42,809 nucleotides of DNA from Octopus bimaculoides (GCF_001194135.2 NC_068987.1:10621807-10664615); one strand, 5' to 3'; positions 1 to 11,630 are shown, counted from the first letter of the stretch. The notes: generated from the letters alone by a model not told the origin. Numbers and translations are program-made.

Positions 1-352
1 GGTAGTGGTGGTGATGGTGGTGGTGGTGGTGGTGGTGGTGGTGGTGTAAGGGACAATGATGACGATGATGATGATGATGACAATGACGACAGTGTTGATG
101 ATGATGATGATGGTGTCAGGGATGATGATGACGATGATGATGATGACGATGACGACAGTGTTGATGATGGTGGTGGTGGTGGTGGTGGTGGTGTCAGGGA
201 TGATGATGATGATGACGATGATGATGGTGACAACAACGATGACGACAGTGTTGATGACGATGATGATGATGATGACGATGACGGTGTTGACGACGACGAC
301 AATGATGGCAGCGGCACTGTTGATGGCAAACTGTTGTGTGCTGAATGTTTAA
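1..352. repeat. Compound (GGT)n/(GAT)n microsatellite with higher-order sub-repeats
   Basis: Triplet tracts; marker GACGACAGTGTTGATGA recurs at ~85, ~151, ~241 and GGTGTCAGGGATGATG at ~112, ~191. Confidence 0.95.
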
Positions 353-560
353 TATGCAACAGTAAAAGAAATAAATAAATAAAATTTGCATGGCATTTCT
401 TGAACTGAAAATATGGTGTGTGTTACTTTTGTGACAAGGTTAAAGTCAGATAATCTATGCGATTAGATCAATTTATATTTGGCAATGAATAACATTCGCT
501 AACTTCCTCAAACTGATATTCCAAGTCTGAAATAAAGCAAGCACTTTTCTCAATGGTCAT

Positions 561-646
561 AAGGTTATAGCTGTGTGTGTGGTGGGTAAGAAATTTGCTT
601 TGGAACCATGTAGGTTCTGGGTTCGATTCCATCATGCATCACTTTG
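561..646 (+). mobile_element. Degenerate 5' head of tRNA-derived CORE-type SINE (family A)
   Basis: GCTGTGTG..GGTAAG A-box-like start and B-box GGTTCGATTCC at 620-630; similar to younger copies at 36738 and 38277. Confidence 0.7.
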
Positions 647-764
647 ATTAACTTCTTAACATACATATTTTTTTTTTCAGTTTTCATGCAAAAAAAATTT
701 TTTTTTTTTTTTATATTTTGAATCTGTATATAAGGAAGAATAAATTTACAAATTATTTCGGATT

Positions 765-928
765 GGTTTTGATTTACATTGCTTACATTATTTACATTTG
801 ATGGATATCTGTCCTCATCTTGTTTGTTGTTAACTCAACGTTTCGGCTGATATACCCTCCAGCCTTCATCAGGTGTCTTGGGGAAATTTTGAACCTGGGT
901 TCTCGTTCCTAAAGCATTTTTCGATGTT
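765..928 (-). mobile_element. Short Penelope-like/retrozyme-type non-coding fragment carrying a hammerhead motif
   Basis: Contains CTGATGA...GAAAC core on minus strand; abuts an (ATT)n tract; no ORF. Confidence 0.55.
832..877 (-). ncRNA. Minimal type I hammerhead ribozyme motif
   Basis: Minus strand reads GACAC-CTGATGA-A-GGCTG-gagggtatat-CAGCC-GAAA-CGTT-GAGTT: intact core, perfect 5-bp stem II, palindromic AACGTT stem III, stem I 4/5 pairs, GUU cleavage triplet. Confidence 0.65.
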
Positions 929-976
929 AATATTAATATTATTATTATCATTATTATTATTATTATTTACATGATT

Positions 977-1271
977 TAAAGACAGAGGAAATGTTGTTGA
1001 GCATTTTGCCCCGTGTGGTAATAATTCTGCCAGCTTGCCACCTTAAGACGTATTGGTTTCCCATTTTGGCACAAGGCCAGCAATTTTGAAGGAGGGATAA
1101 GTCGATTACATCTACCCCCCCAGTGTTCAACTGGTACTTAATTTATCAACTCCGAAAGGACCAAAGGCAAAGCTGACTCTGGCAGAATTTGAACTCAGAA
1201 CATAAGGACAGATTAAATGCCACTAAGCATTTTTCCCAGCGTGCTAACGGTTCTGCCAACTCACCACCTTA
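977..1271 (-). mobile_element. Family B SINE: partial head (977-1047) plus near-full copy (1051-1271)
   Basis: Reverse complement of AAGGYGGYGAGCTGGCAGAA...GAGTTCAAATT...GCCTTTCATCCTTTCGGGGTCGATAAATTAAGTACCAG consensus seen in many copies in this window. Confidence 0.9.
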
Positions 1272-1576
1272 CAGATCTTTATAATATTGTTAGTAACATA
1301 TCCACAGAACAGCTAATCAAATCAACAGAACATAGAACAAAAGGCCAAAAGGTCAGCAGCTTGTCTCCTGTCACTGGTATTAAATAAATCTATAGATATC
1401 TCCTACAGTATATCAAATCTTCTATAGTATAAATCTCCTACAGTATATTATAATGAAACAAAGCATTGTTAACATGTCAGCAATTTACCATTCAATCTAA
1501 CTATGGAGAAAAGTGTTGAAGTATGCAAATTGGTTTATCCAGTCTACTTTAACCCTTGGTATTAGTTGGTTTAAAT

Positions 1577-1752
1577 GGGGTCACGTGGTCTAGTGGTTAG
1601 GGTGTTGGATTCATGATTGTAAGATTGTGGTTTCAATTCCTGAACTGAGCAACATATAGTGTTGTTGAGCAAAACACTTCATTTCACATTGCTCCGGTCC
1701 ACTCAGCTGGCAAAAATGAGTAATCCTGCAACAGACTGGCTTCCCGTCCAGA

Positions 1753-1802
<50 letters not shown>

Positions 1803-1850
1803 TATGCAAAATGGGAAACTGGACCTTATTAAGCCAGAGGGTTTTTATGC
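1577..1850 (+). mobile_element. tRNA-derived SINE (family C, V-SINE-like body) with internal (TA)n
   Basis: A-box TGGTCTAGTGGTTAGG, B-box GGTTTCAATTCC, body TTGAGCAAAACACTTCATTTCAC and CCTGCAACAGACTGGCTTCCCGTCCAG; V-domain similarity is from recollection only. Confidence 0.75.
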
Positions 1851-1978
1851 AATTATTTGGTTTATAAGCAGTAGTATGTTTGTGGTTAGATAGAGAAGGT
1901 ATTCAAAGACTGATGATAATTCAATAAGAACTGAAAATCCAGATACAAATGTTCCTTCTGTTTTTCTATTTATTATAA

Positions 1979-2286
1979 TTGCAGGTATGGCTGTGTATCT
2001 AAGAAGCTTGGTTTGTAACTATGTAGTCCCACTGTACTACACCTTGAGCAAGTGTCTTCTTATATAACCCCAGACTGACCAAACCCTTGTTAGTGGATTT
2101 GGTAGATGGAAAATGAAAGAAGACCAGCGTGGCTGTGTGGTAAGAAGTCTGCCTTCCAATCATATAATTTTAGGTTCAGTCTCACTGCATAATGTCTTCT
2201 GATATAAGCCTCAGGCCAACCAAAGCCTGGTGAATGGATTTGATGGACAGAAACCAAAAGAAACCTGTTGTGTGTGTGTGTGTGTG
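1979..2286 (+). mobile_element. Two degenerate family A SINE 5' halves in tandem, ending in (TG)n
   Basis: Twice GGCTGTGT(G)GTAAGAAG...CAAGTGTCTTC...GGATTTG(G)T..ACAGAAA..AAAGAA. Confidence 0.8.
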
Positions 2287-3859
2287 CTGCATTCAAAAAT
2301 ATCCAACTTTAGTTTTCCCACCAAAACTAATGCTGCAAGGGCAAAAGCTTTTGGGTTAGAGGTGATACTACCCTTCCAGTACATTTGTAAAAATGTTTGC
2401 ACCAGTATGCCATTTCAGTTCCTCAAATATAGAACTGTAAAATCAACCTTGTTTATAAAAAGTTTTGGACTTGGGTTTGCATCCCTTATGCAAATTTCAT
2501 TCGGGCGCCTTATGTGCGTACAAATGCCAAGTTGTTACTTGTACAAACCAACAGATAAATGAACGTGTGAAGTTGGTAACTTTGTCTATCATCTATAGAT
2601 GAGATTTTGCATTAAAGCTTTCTCAAACAACACAAAATTTCTCAGACAAAAAGAAAAAAAAAATTAAAAGTCAGTTTGTCAGTTATCTCGGTTTTCAGCT
2701 AACATGTCAAATGGTAACTTCTTGTCTTNNNNNNNNNNNNNNNNNNNNNNNNNNNNNNNNNNNNNNNNNNNNNNNNNNNNNNNNNNNNNNNNNNNNNNNN
2801 NNNNNNNNNNNNNNNNNNNNNNNNNNNNNNNNNNNNNNNNNNNNNNNNNNNNNNNNNNNNNNNNNNNNNNNNNNNNNNNNNNNNNNNNNNNNNNNNNNNN
2901 NNNNNNNNNNNNNNNNNNNNNNNNNNNNNNNNNNNNNNNNNNNNNNNNNNNNNNNNNNNNNNNNNNNNNNNNNNNNNNNNNNNNNNNNNNNNNNNNNNNN
3001 NNNNNNNNNNNNNNNNNNNNNNNNNNNNNNNNNNNNNNNNNNNNNNNNNNNNNNNNNNNNNNNNNNNNNNNNNNNNNNNNNNNNNNNNNNNNNNNNNNNN
3101 NNNNNNNNNNNNNNNNNNNNNNNNNNNNNNNNNNNNNNNNNNNNNNNNNNNNNNNNNNNNNNNNNNNNNNNNNNNNNNNNNNNNNNNNNNNNNNNNNNNN
3201 NNNNNNNNNNNNNNNNNNNNNNNNNNNNNNNNNNNNNNNNNNNNNNNNNNNNNNNNNNNNNNNNNNNNNNNNNNNNNNNNNNNNNNNNNNNNNNNNNNNN
3301 NNNNNNNNNNNNNNNNNNNNNNNNNNNNNNATATATACACACACGAATATATACACACGCACACACACACACACACACATACATAGACACAGAGGGAGAG
3401 AAGGAGGGCAATAAGCTGATAGATACATGTGTGTGAATGAGAATACATGTGTATGTATGTACAATTCAAAGCATGTGTGTGAGTGTGTGTGTGTGAGTGT
3501 GTGTGTGTGTGTATGTGCATGTATATTCACACACATACATACATACACACACACATATATATACATACATACATATATATATATATATACACGCACACAC
3601 AAACGCAAACACACACACACACACATGCACACACACGGAAGTTTGTAAGTAAGTATGTTCACACACACACACACACACACACAACTGTCTACTTTTTGGA
3701 GAAATCAACACTTCTCAGTGTATGCCACTTATTGTACTCCTCGTGTTGGTGCAGCTGCTGTTGTTGTTGTTGTTATGGCTGCTGTTACAGCTGCCGCTGC
3801 TGCTGCCGCTGAATTGCTGATCCTATAGATGTTGCTGTCATTGCTACAATTCATGGTCG

Positions 3860-4180
3860 ATTGCTACAATCAGTTGAACGTCAAGTCAAATACTTGGCAG
3901 TCTTTGATTGCAATCCTGAACACTCTGAGTTCAAATACCGCCAGGGCTGACTTTACCATTCAGCCTTCCTGGGCCCATGAAACAACCCCAGTCGAGTTAC
4001 TGGATCGATGTTAAAGGTTTCAAATTAAAGGTTTTGAATTTTGTCATCCAAGGACTGCAATTTTGAGGGGAGGGGCTTGTTGATTGCACCGGTCCTTGTA
4101 CTCAATTGGTACTTTATTTTATTGACTCTAGAAGGATAAAAGGCAAATTTGACCTCAGCGGGATTTGATCTTAGAACCAG
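3860..4180. mobile_element. Two old family B SINE copies in inverted orientation (3860-4017 +, 4030-4180 -)
   Basis: CTCTGAGTTCAAATACCGCCAGGGCTGACTTT on plus; GGTACTTTATTTTATTGACTCTAGAAGGATAAAAGGCAAATTTGACCTC on the other. Confidence 0.65.
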
Positions 4181-4280
4181 TGGCTTATGGTGTCTGTTGT
4201 ATCGGGTGTGCTGCCACATACAATGCCCCCAAATTTCAAGCAGGGCTATAACAAAAGTTTTCCATTAAGATTTGTGATTA

Positions 4281-4375
4281 GGCACAGAAGTGGCTTAGTG
4301 GTAAGAAGCTTGCTTACCAACCATATGATTCTCGGTTCAGAGGTTCACAAGTGGGACAAGGGCCACACAAAGTTT
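4281..4375 (+). mobile_element. Family A SINE head fragment
   Basis: GGCACAGAAGTGGCTTAGTGGTAAGAAGCTTGCTTACCAACCA. Confidence 0.75.
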
Positions 4376-4488
4376 GCATGATGAACGTCCATAAAAGACA
4401 AATGTACAAGTTCTAAATCATAAAGTCTTAGTCAACTACACACACACACAAACATATATATATGCATACATATATATACATATATATA

Positions 4489-4541
<53 letters not shown>

Positions 4542-4850
4542 NNNNNNNNNNNNNNNNNNNNNNNNNNNNNNNNNNNNNNNNNNNNNNNNNNNNNNNNNNN
4601 NNNNNNNNNNNNNNNNNNNNNNNNNNNNNNAGGAGAGTGGACATTTATTCACATCCAAAACTTTTTTTATTAAAACGTTTTCTACACCATATATAACAAT
4701 GACCAACATATGTTTCTACTGCAGCAACTGCATATTGCTCTGTATGCAACCATGCATCCTAGTCGCTGCAATTTTATCAAAGGTCCTTCACTTATGATGT
4801 TATCAAAATGAACTAATTCAAACAAGCTTCCTGTGTTGGTATATATATAT

Positions 4851-5437
4851 ATAAAATAATGTACATTTAAACACAAGAGAAAACTGCCTTCAACAGGTAG
4901 TTTTTACATGCTAGAAGAAGTAGTCAAAATGGTCAAAACCACATTTAAGAGCAATTTTCAAAAGGAATGAAAAATAAAAACTTTTATCTTGTTATTTTAA
5001 TCTGGTCAGACCTAGGCTTCAAAATTTTTTTAGCAAATAAAATAATTTGCTAGGCAAGTTTCTCATCAGTGACCGCACCATAACACTAACATATAATTAA
5101 GAGACGAATAACATGTGTGTCATTGTTATACATAATAATTTTTCAAATTCACCGCGCAAGCACAGTTTCAGTCAGCAGTAAATGAATAAATCCCGAACTA
5201 ATCTTTTAAAAATTGCTAAATATACGTAAAATATAGGGTAGCGAATATTTTTAGAAATTTCACTACCGGTGGCCTAGCATTTATAAAAAGTGAATAGACA
5301 ACATATTCTCAATATAAAATAGTGTACATTTAAACACAAGAGAAAACCGCCATCAACAGGCAGTTTTTACACTCTAGAAGAAGTAGTCAAAACGATCAAA
5401 ACCACATTTAAGAGCAATCTTCAAAAGGAATGAAAAA
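4851..5437. repeat. 124-bp direct repeat pair (4851-4974 and 5314-5437) flanking a 339-bp unique spacer
   Basis: Both copies read ATAAAAT..GTACATTTAAACACAAGAGAAAAC...AAGAGCAAT.TTCAAAAGGAATGAAAAA; offset 463 bp. Confidence 0.9.
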
Positions 5438-5544
5438 AAATATATATATATACATATATACGCAAATATTATGTGTGTGTATGTATAACACATACATACA
5501 TATATACAAAAATAGCACACATATGCTTGTATTTATATATGTAA

Positions 5545-5579
<35 letters not shown>

Positions 5580-6856
5580 CAAATTACATGAAAAATGGTA
5601 CAGCCTGATAAGGAAATAATTTTGCATATGAAAGCATAATATATTTCTAAAACATTTTTACATTCTTCAAATATATTTAGTCAGGCTGCTTGTAATTCTA
5701 AAGAGAATGAAATAACTTAAGACCTGTTGTTACATTGTTAGATTACAGCCTTGACAGAAAGACTATATTTTTAAGCACCTAAATAAATATATGTATATGT
5801 GTATTTTATATTTTTAAAAATTTCTTTTTCAGATTTTTTTTTTTTTAATAGTTTTACTGAACTGCGGCCATGATGTATTATAAATTTCAAGAAGGTTCTT
5901 TTAATAAATTATATTATCCAAGGGCATTGTCTTGTAGTTATATTTAATACATACATATACATATACATATATANNNNNNNNNNNNNNNNNNNNNNNNNNN
6001 NNNNNNNNNNNNNNNNNNNNNNNNNNNNNNNNNNNNNNNNNNNNNNNNNNNNNNNNNNNNNNNNNNNNNNNNNNNNNNNNNNNNNNNNNNNNNNNNNNNN
6101 NNNNNNNNNNNNNNNNNNNNNNNNNNNNNNNNNNNNNNNNNNNNNNNNNNNNNNNNNNNNNNNNNNNNNNNNNNNNNNNNNNNNNNNNNNNNNNNNNNNN
6201 NNNNNNNNNNNNNNNNNNNNNNNNNNNNNNNNNNNNNNNNNNNNNNNNNNNNNNNNNNNNNNNNNNNNNNNNNNNNNNNNNNNNNNNNNNNNNNNNNNNN
6301 NNNNNNNNNNNNNNNNNNNNNNNNNNNNNNNNNNNNNNNNNNNNNNNNNNNNNNNNNNNNNNNNNNNNNNNNNNNNNNNNNNNNNNNNNNNNNNNNNNNN
6401 NNNNNNNNNNNNNNNNNNNNNNNNNNNNNNNNNNNNNNNNNNNNNNNNNNNNNNNNNNNNNNNNNNNNNNNNNNNNNNNNNNNNNNNNNNNNNNNNNNNN
6501 NNNNNNNNNNNNNNNNNNNNNNNNNNNNNNNNNNNNNNNNNNNNNNNNNNNNNNNNNNNNNNNNNNNNNNNNNNNNNNNNNNNNNNNNNNNNNNNNNNNN
6601 NNNNNNNNNNNNNNNNNNNNNNNNNNNNNNNNNNNNNNNNNNNNNNNNNNNNNNNNNNNNNNNNNNNNNNNNNNNNNNNNNNNNNNNNNNNNNNNNNNNN
6701 NNNNNNNNNNNNNNNNNNNNNNNNNNNNNNNNNNNNNNNNNNNNNNNNNNNNNNNNNNNNNNNNNNNNNNNNNNNNNNNNNNNNNNNNNNNNNNNNNNNN
6801 NNNNNNNNNNNNNNNNNNNNNNNNNNNNATATATATATATATATATATATATATAC

Positions 6857-7016
6857 AACGGGCTTCTTTCAGTTTCTGTCTACCAAATCCACTCACAAAG
6901 CTTTGGTCGGCCCGAGACTATAGTAGAAGACACTTGCCCAAGGTGCCACGCAGTGGGCCTGAACCCGGAACCAGGTGGTTGGTAAGCAAGCTACTTACCA
7001 CACAGCCACTCCTGTG
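6857..7016 (-). mobile_element. Family A CORE-type SINE 5' half, running into (TA)n and gap
   Basis: Reverse complement of GGAGTGGCTGTGTGGTAAGTAGCTTGCTTACCAACC...GGCACCTTGGGCAAGTGTCTTC...GAAAGAAGCCCG; ACCTTGGGCAAGT matches the CORE domain. Confidence 0.92.
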
Positions 7017-7404
7017 TATATATTTTTTTTTTCCAAAGATAGTCCTCTCTGGTTTTTGAGAGAATTCTACAGTAATATATCTAAGTCGATTGAAAGAAGA
7101 CACAGAGACAGTCATGTTGGCTTCAAGATAATAAAGTTGAAGTTAATAACCAGTTATTAAAAATTAGGGGTAAATAATTACCAATTTTCTTATATTTATG
7201 GCTTAGACAGAGTAATGATGGTGTTCTTTGCAGAGTCTTTGAAACTGGAATGAAGAAGAAAGCAGGGAGGAACGGTGTATCACAATGGTTTTCTTTGGCT
7301 TGGCATACGACATCAAGATAGTGAGTTCTCTCCTCAGACTGGGGGCCTGGTCAAAATCTTTGCTACATAATGAATGGTCTTGTGCCAGCAATATCCAGGG
7401 GCCA

Positions 7405-8325
7405 GGTGGTGGTGGTAGTGGCGGTGGTGGTGGTGTCGGTGTTGTTGTTGCTGTTGGTGTTGGTGGTGGTGATGGTGGCAGTGATGGTGGTGTTGGGGGT
7501 GATGGTGGTGGTGGTGTTGGTGGTGGTGGTGGCAGTTGTGGTGATGGTAGTGGTGGTGTTGCTGGTGGTGGTGGCGATGGCAATGGTGGTGTTGTTGTTG
7601 GTGGCAGTAGTGGTTGCAGTGGTGGTGGTGGATATATTGCTGGTGGCGGTGATGGCAATGGTGGTGTTGTTGTNNNNNNNNNNNNNNNNNNNNNNNNNNN
7701 NNNNNNNNNNNNNNNNNNNNNNNNNNNNNNNNNNNNNNNNNNNNNNNNNNNNNNNNNNNNNNNNNNNNNNNNNNNNNNNNNNNNNNNNNNNNNNNNNNNN
7801 NNNNNNNNNNNNNNNNNNNNNNNNNNNNNNNNNNNNNNNNNNNNNNNNNNNNNNNNNNNNNNNNNNNNNNNNNNNNNNNNNNNNNNNNNNNNNNNNNNNN
7901 NNNNNNNNNNNNNNNNNNNNNNNNNNNNNNNNNNNNNNNNNNNNNNNNNNNNCAGTTGCAATGGTGTTGTGATTGTTGTTGTTGTTAGTGGTGGTGGTGG
8001 TGTTGCTGATGGTGGCGTTGGTGGTGGTGGTGGTGATGGCAATGGTGTTGTTGTTGTTGTTGGTGGTGGTGGTGTTGGTGGTGGTGGTGGCAGTTGTGGT
8101 GATGGTAGTGGTGGTGTTGCTGGTGGTGGTGGCGATGGCAATGGTGGTGTTGTTGTTGGTGGCAGTAGTGGTTGCAGTGGTGGTGGTGGATATATTGCTG
8201 GTGGCGGTGATGGCAATGGTGGTGTTGTTGTTGTTTGAGTTAGTGGTAGTGGTGGTGATGGTGGTGGTGGTGGTGGTGCTATTGTTGTTGTTAGGGGTAG
8301 TGGTGGTGGAGGTGCTGGTGTTACA
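7405..8325. repeat. Degenerate (GGT)n tract interrupted by gap
   Basis: Triplet repeat; ~170 bp identical on both sides of gap 7674-7952. Confidence 0.9.
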
Positions 8326-9760
8326 CCAGGAGACAGATCAAATCAAATACCCAGTAATGGGCGCAATCAGTTTAAGGTGCTTCCATGCTTCCATACATTT
8401 ACCAATTTGCTGCTGTTCCACTCGTGAAGATTAGGTCAACCAAAGATTATGGTATGAGATACCATATGCCATATACTATGGCATATCACAAATTATCAGC
8501 ACCCAAATAGCAGCGCCAAGCCATCAGCAGCCACACAGCCATGCCAAATCATCAACGCCCAAACAGCTGTGCACAATTGTCTCATTCCAGCGCCATTGGT
8601 AGCATTGTTATGTTATCGCAAGAAGAGAGCATCTCTGAACAATACATGTACTGAATCATGAAAATGAATGTGGAAGAATCAAAATGGAGGTACTTCTTCA
8701 ATGACAACAGTGATATCAACAACTACAATTGTTGTTTTACTGGTATTTTGTATTTTCTGTTATCTGCAAATGTGTGAACTAAGCTTCAGGGCTGGAAATA
8801 AGAATGGAAGACATAGAATATAAGTTTTGAAGAATCAAAGTTATGTTGAGAAAGAATTAGAGAAATCTCATTGATAATTAGAGACAAATGTTTGAAAATG
8901 GTAAACCGAGATAAAAACAGGGAGTAAAATACTTCAAATTTTTTTTTTTGTTGATGTTGTTATCGTTACTATTTCCTTCTTTATATGAAAAAAAAAAAAA
9001 GTTACATGAGAAAAAAAGAGATACTTGGAAAATGTTAAATAAAAAGTGTTTAAATTTTATAAAAAGAAAAGATAAACAGAAGAAAATAATATGATAATAA
9101 TGATAATAAAACAAACAGAAAAATGTTCTAATTCTAGAATTTTACAGATTTAGTTTCCTTGTCTATCATGTCTTAGAGTGAGTGGAACATATGGCAAAGA
9201 TTATTTTTACAAACTAACGTATGTATGATGTGGGAAGTTAGAAAATACGAACACAAATATGGCACAAAGACTTGGTCTGAAAGAGGAATATTCTGAACGT
9301 TTGCATCAGTTTACTTCGATAAAAAGGAAATAAAAACATAGACAACAAAAATAATAATAATAATAATAATGAAGTAAATGTGACTATTAAAGTATTTACG
9401 GTCATTTAGTGTAAAAGATTTAGGGGAGGGAGCGAAGGTTCAGAATATTCTATGAGATTTCCAGGCACAGATGAAACTAGAAACCATTGCTTTGCTTGTA
9501 AACTGAACACTGGAGGTGTTCAGCTTTTTACATGATCTAAGGATTGAGTTTCAATTAATTGTGGCCTTTTTCTTGGAGAAACCTCACTGACAAAGAATAA
9601 AAAATCTTAAAACTATGGAAAAAAATGGATAAGAAATTAGTAGAAGACAGAAGAAAAACATGACCAATTTTCTTTTAAAAGATCAGAACCATGAGACACT
9701 TTGATATTTGATAAGGGAGGTTGTTTGGGAACGTTTTTTTCCTTTTTTTTTTTATACTTT

Positions 9761-10192
9761 AGGCACAAGGCCCGAAATTTTGGGGAAGGAGGCCAGTCGA
9801 TTAGACTGACCTCAGTTTACAACTGGTACTTAATTTATCGACCCTGAAAGGATGAAAGACAAAGTCGACTGACCTCAGCAGAATTTGAACTCAGAATGTA
9901 AAGACAGACGAAATACCATTAAGCATTTTGCCAGGCATCCTAACGTTTCTGCCAGCTCGCCACCTTAAAAATAATAACCTTTTCTTCTATAGGCACAAGG
10001 CCCAAAATTTTGGGGGAGGGGGCCAATCGATTAGATCTACCCCAGTATGCAACTGGTACTTAATTTATTGACCCCAAAAGGGTGAAAGGGAAAGTTGACC
10101 TCGGCGGAATTTAAACTCAGAACATAGCGACAGACAAAATACCGATAAGGACTTTGCCCATCATGCGAACATTTCTGCCAACTCACTGCCTT
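9761..10192 (-). mobile_element. Head-to-tail pair of family B SINEs inside one 13-bp target-site duplication
   Basis: Copies at 9761-9968 and 9991-10192; GTTGTTTGGGAAC at 9720-9732 and 10193-10205; poly-T (minus-strand A tail) at 9734-9760. Confidence 0.9.
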
Positions 10193-10455
10193 GTTGTTTG
10201 GGAACTTATCCAAGAGTTTAGCAGTATAAGTTGGTTATTATTTAAAGGCAAAATCATAATTTGGGCCACAATCTTAATCAGCTGGGAACTTCCTAACTCC
10301 TGTTAACACCATTTGTTCTTTAACATTCAAGGGATGAAATGAGGCTATATAATGAAATACTTTGATGCACAGTGATGTGGTTCTTGGTTCAATCTCACAA
10401 TGCAGCACTTAAACAAATGCTTTCTATTATAGCTTCAGGTATGCCAATGTTTTAT

Positions 10456-10519
<64 letters not shown>

Positions 10520-10688
10520 TTCGTTTTATAATGATTTTAATTTTATGAATTAATTATCTAAAGATTACTGAATCGAAACAGTTGTCAGAGATATTGTCAT
10601 ATTTTATAATTAATAAATAATATTTTATTAATTACCTCTCCATTTTCTCCTCATTCTTTATATATATATGTGTGTGTGTGTGTGTATT

Positions 10689-10773
10689 CTTTTATTCTTT
10701 TATTCTTTCACTTGTTTCAGTCATTTGACTGTGCCCATGCTGGAGCACCACCTTTAGTCAAACAGATCAATCC
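10689..10773 (-). mobile_element. 3' tail fragment of family A SINE
   Basis: CTTGTTTCAGTCATTTGACTGTGCCCATGCTGGAGCACCACCTTTAGTC, same as 32466 and 38691 copies. Confidence 0.85.
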
Positions 10774-10789
10774 TCTTCCCCAGGGGGAC

Positions 10790-11035
10790 CGGTCTTAATA
10801 CTTCTGCTGTGGACATGGGTTTTCTTGAGTAGAGCAAGGTGCTAAGCATCCCAGTCCTTCATCATCTTGCCTGACAGATTCAGCATCCTGAGGTCATTTT
10901 TCAGTTCTTCGTACCATGCCTTCCTGGGTCTCCAAATTCTACGAGTTCCATCTATTTTGAGAGATTAGCACTTCCTTATGGAACTGTCAGCATCCATCTT
11001 CATCACATAACCAAACCAGCACGGTCTTCCACCTT
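10790..11035 (-). pseudogene. Degenerate RTE-clade LINE ORF2 C-terminal fragment
   Basis: Translates to WFGYVMKMDADSSIRKC*SLKIDGTRRIWRPRKAWYEELKNDLRMLNL, homologous to the copy at 17720. Confidence 0.85.
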
Positions 11036-11630
11036 CTCTCTCTCTCTCTCTCCTTCTCTCTAAATATATATATATATATATACACATATATATAATTATA
11101 AATAAAAATATGCACACACAATCACACACATACATGCACACATGATATACATGCATACACGCACAAACATACACAAACACACAAGCACATCAGCACACAC
11201 ACAAACACATATCCATGTATGTATGTTTGTATTTATATACCTACGCACGTATGTATGTATGTATTAAAACATAGCGTGGCTAAATGGTCCATGACTGGGT
11301 TTCATGCCAGTCAGTGAAGGTAACCATCAGATTAGGTGGTGATCAAAGAATTTTATTCCAATAAATGTTTTTAAATAACGCTTGATGTTGGTAATGGCAA
11401 GATGTAAACATTTGGCTTAAACGAATGCAAAAATTTTCAAATGAATCTCAAATGAAAAAAACTTATCCAAGTAATGGTTCTTTAATAGAATTTGGCAGTA
11501 AATTAAAAGAATATTAAAACATTGAAAGAGAAATGCCTTATAGTGTTTGGTTTTTTGCTCTGTGTTTTCTGAGTTCGAATCCAAGTTAGTCATAAACAGT
11601 AAAAATGAAGCTAGGTTAGTTGGTAAGAAT

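Noticed and set aside
1577-1650. tRNA gene
   Set aside because: A and B boxes continue into a SINE body; no intact cloverleaf evident
1910-1945. CTGATGA...GAAA hammerhead-like spacing
   Set aside because: Stem II mismatched, stems I and III do not form
5046-5069. CTGATGAGAAAC on minus strand
   Set aside because: No stem II between the two core halves and no stem I
7500-8233. Identical ~170-bp block on both sides of a gap
   Set aside because: Likely unmerged contig overlap; cannot be called a true higher-order repeat without long reads
7203-8238. Proline-rich or glycine-rich ORFs resembling formin/extensin
   Set aside because: (GGT)n tract open in several frames on both strands; no flanking domain recognised
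8668-8823. Short ORF with hydrophobic segment (MWKNQNGG...RHRI)
   Set aside because: 51 aa in AT-rich DNA, no splice or homology support
9230-9332. Protein-like frame GKLENTNTNMAQRLGLKEEYSERLHQFTSIKRK
   Set aside because: No credible acceptor and no recognised homolog
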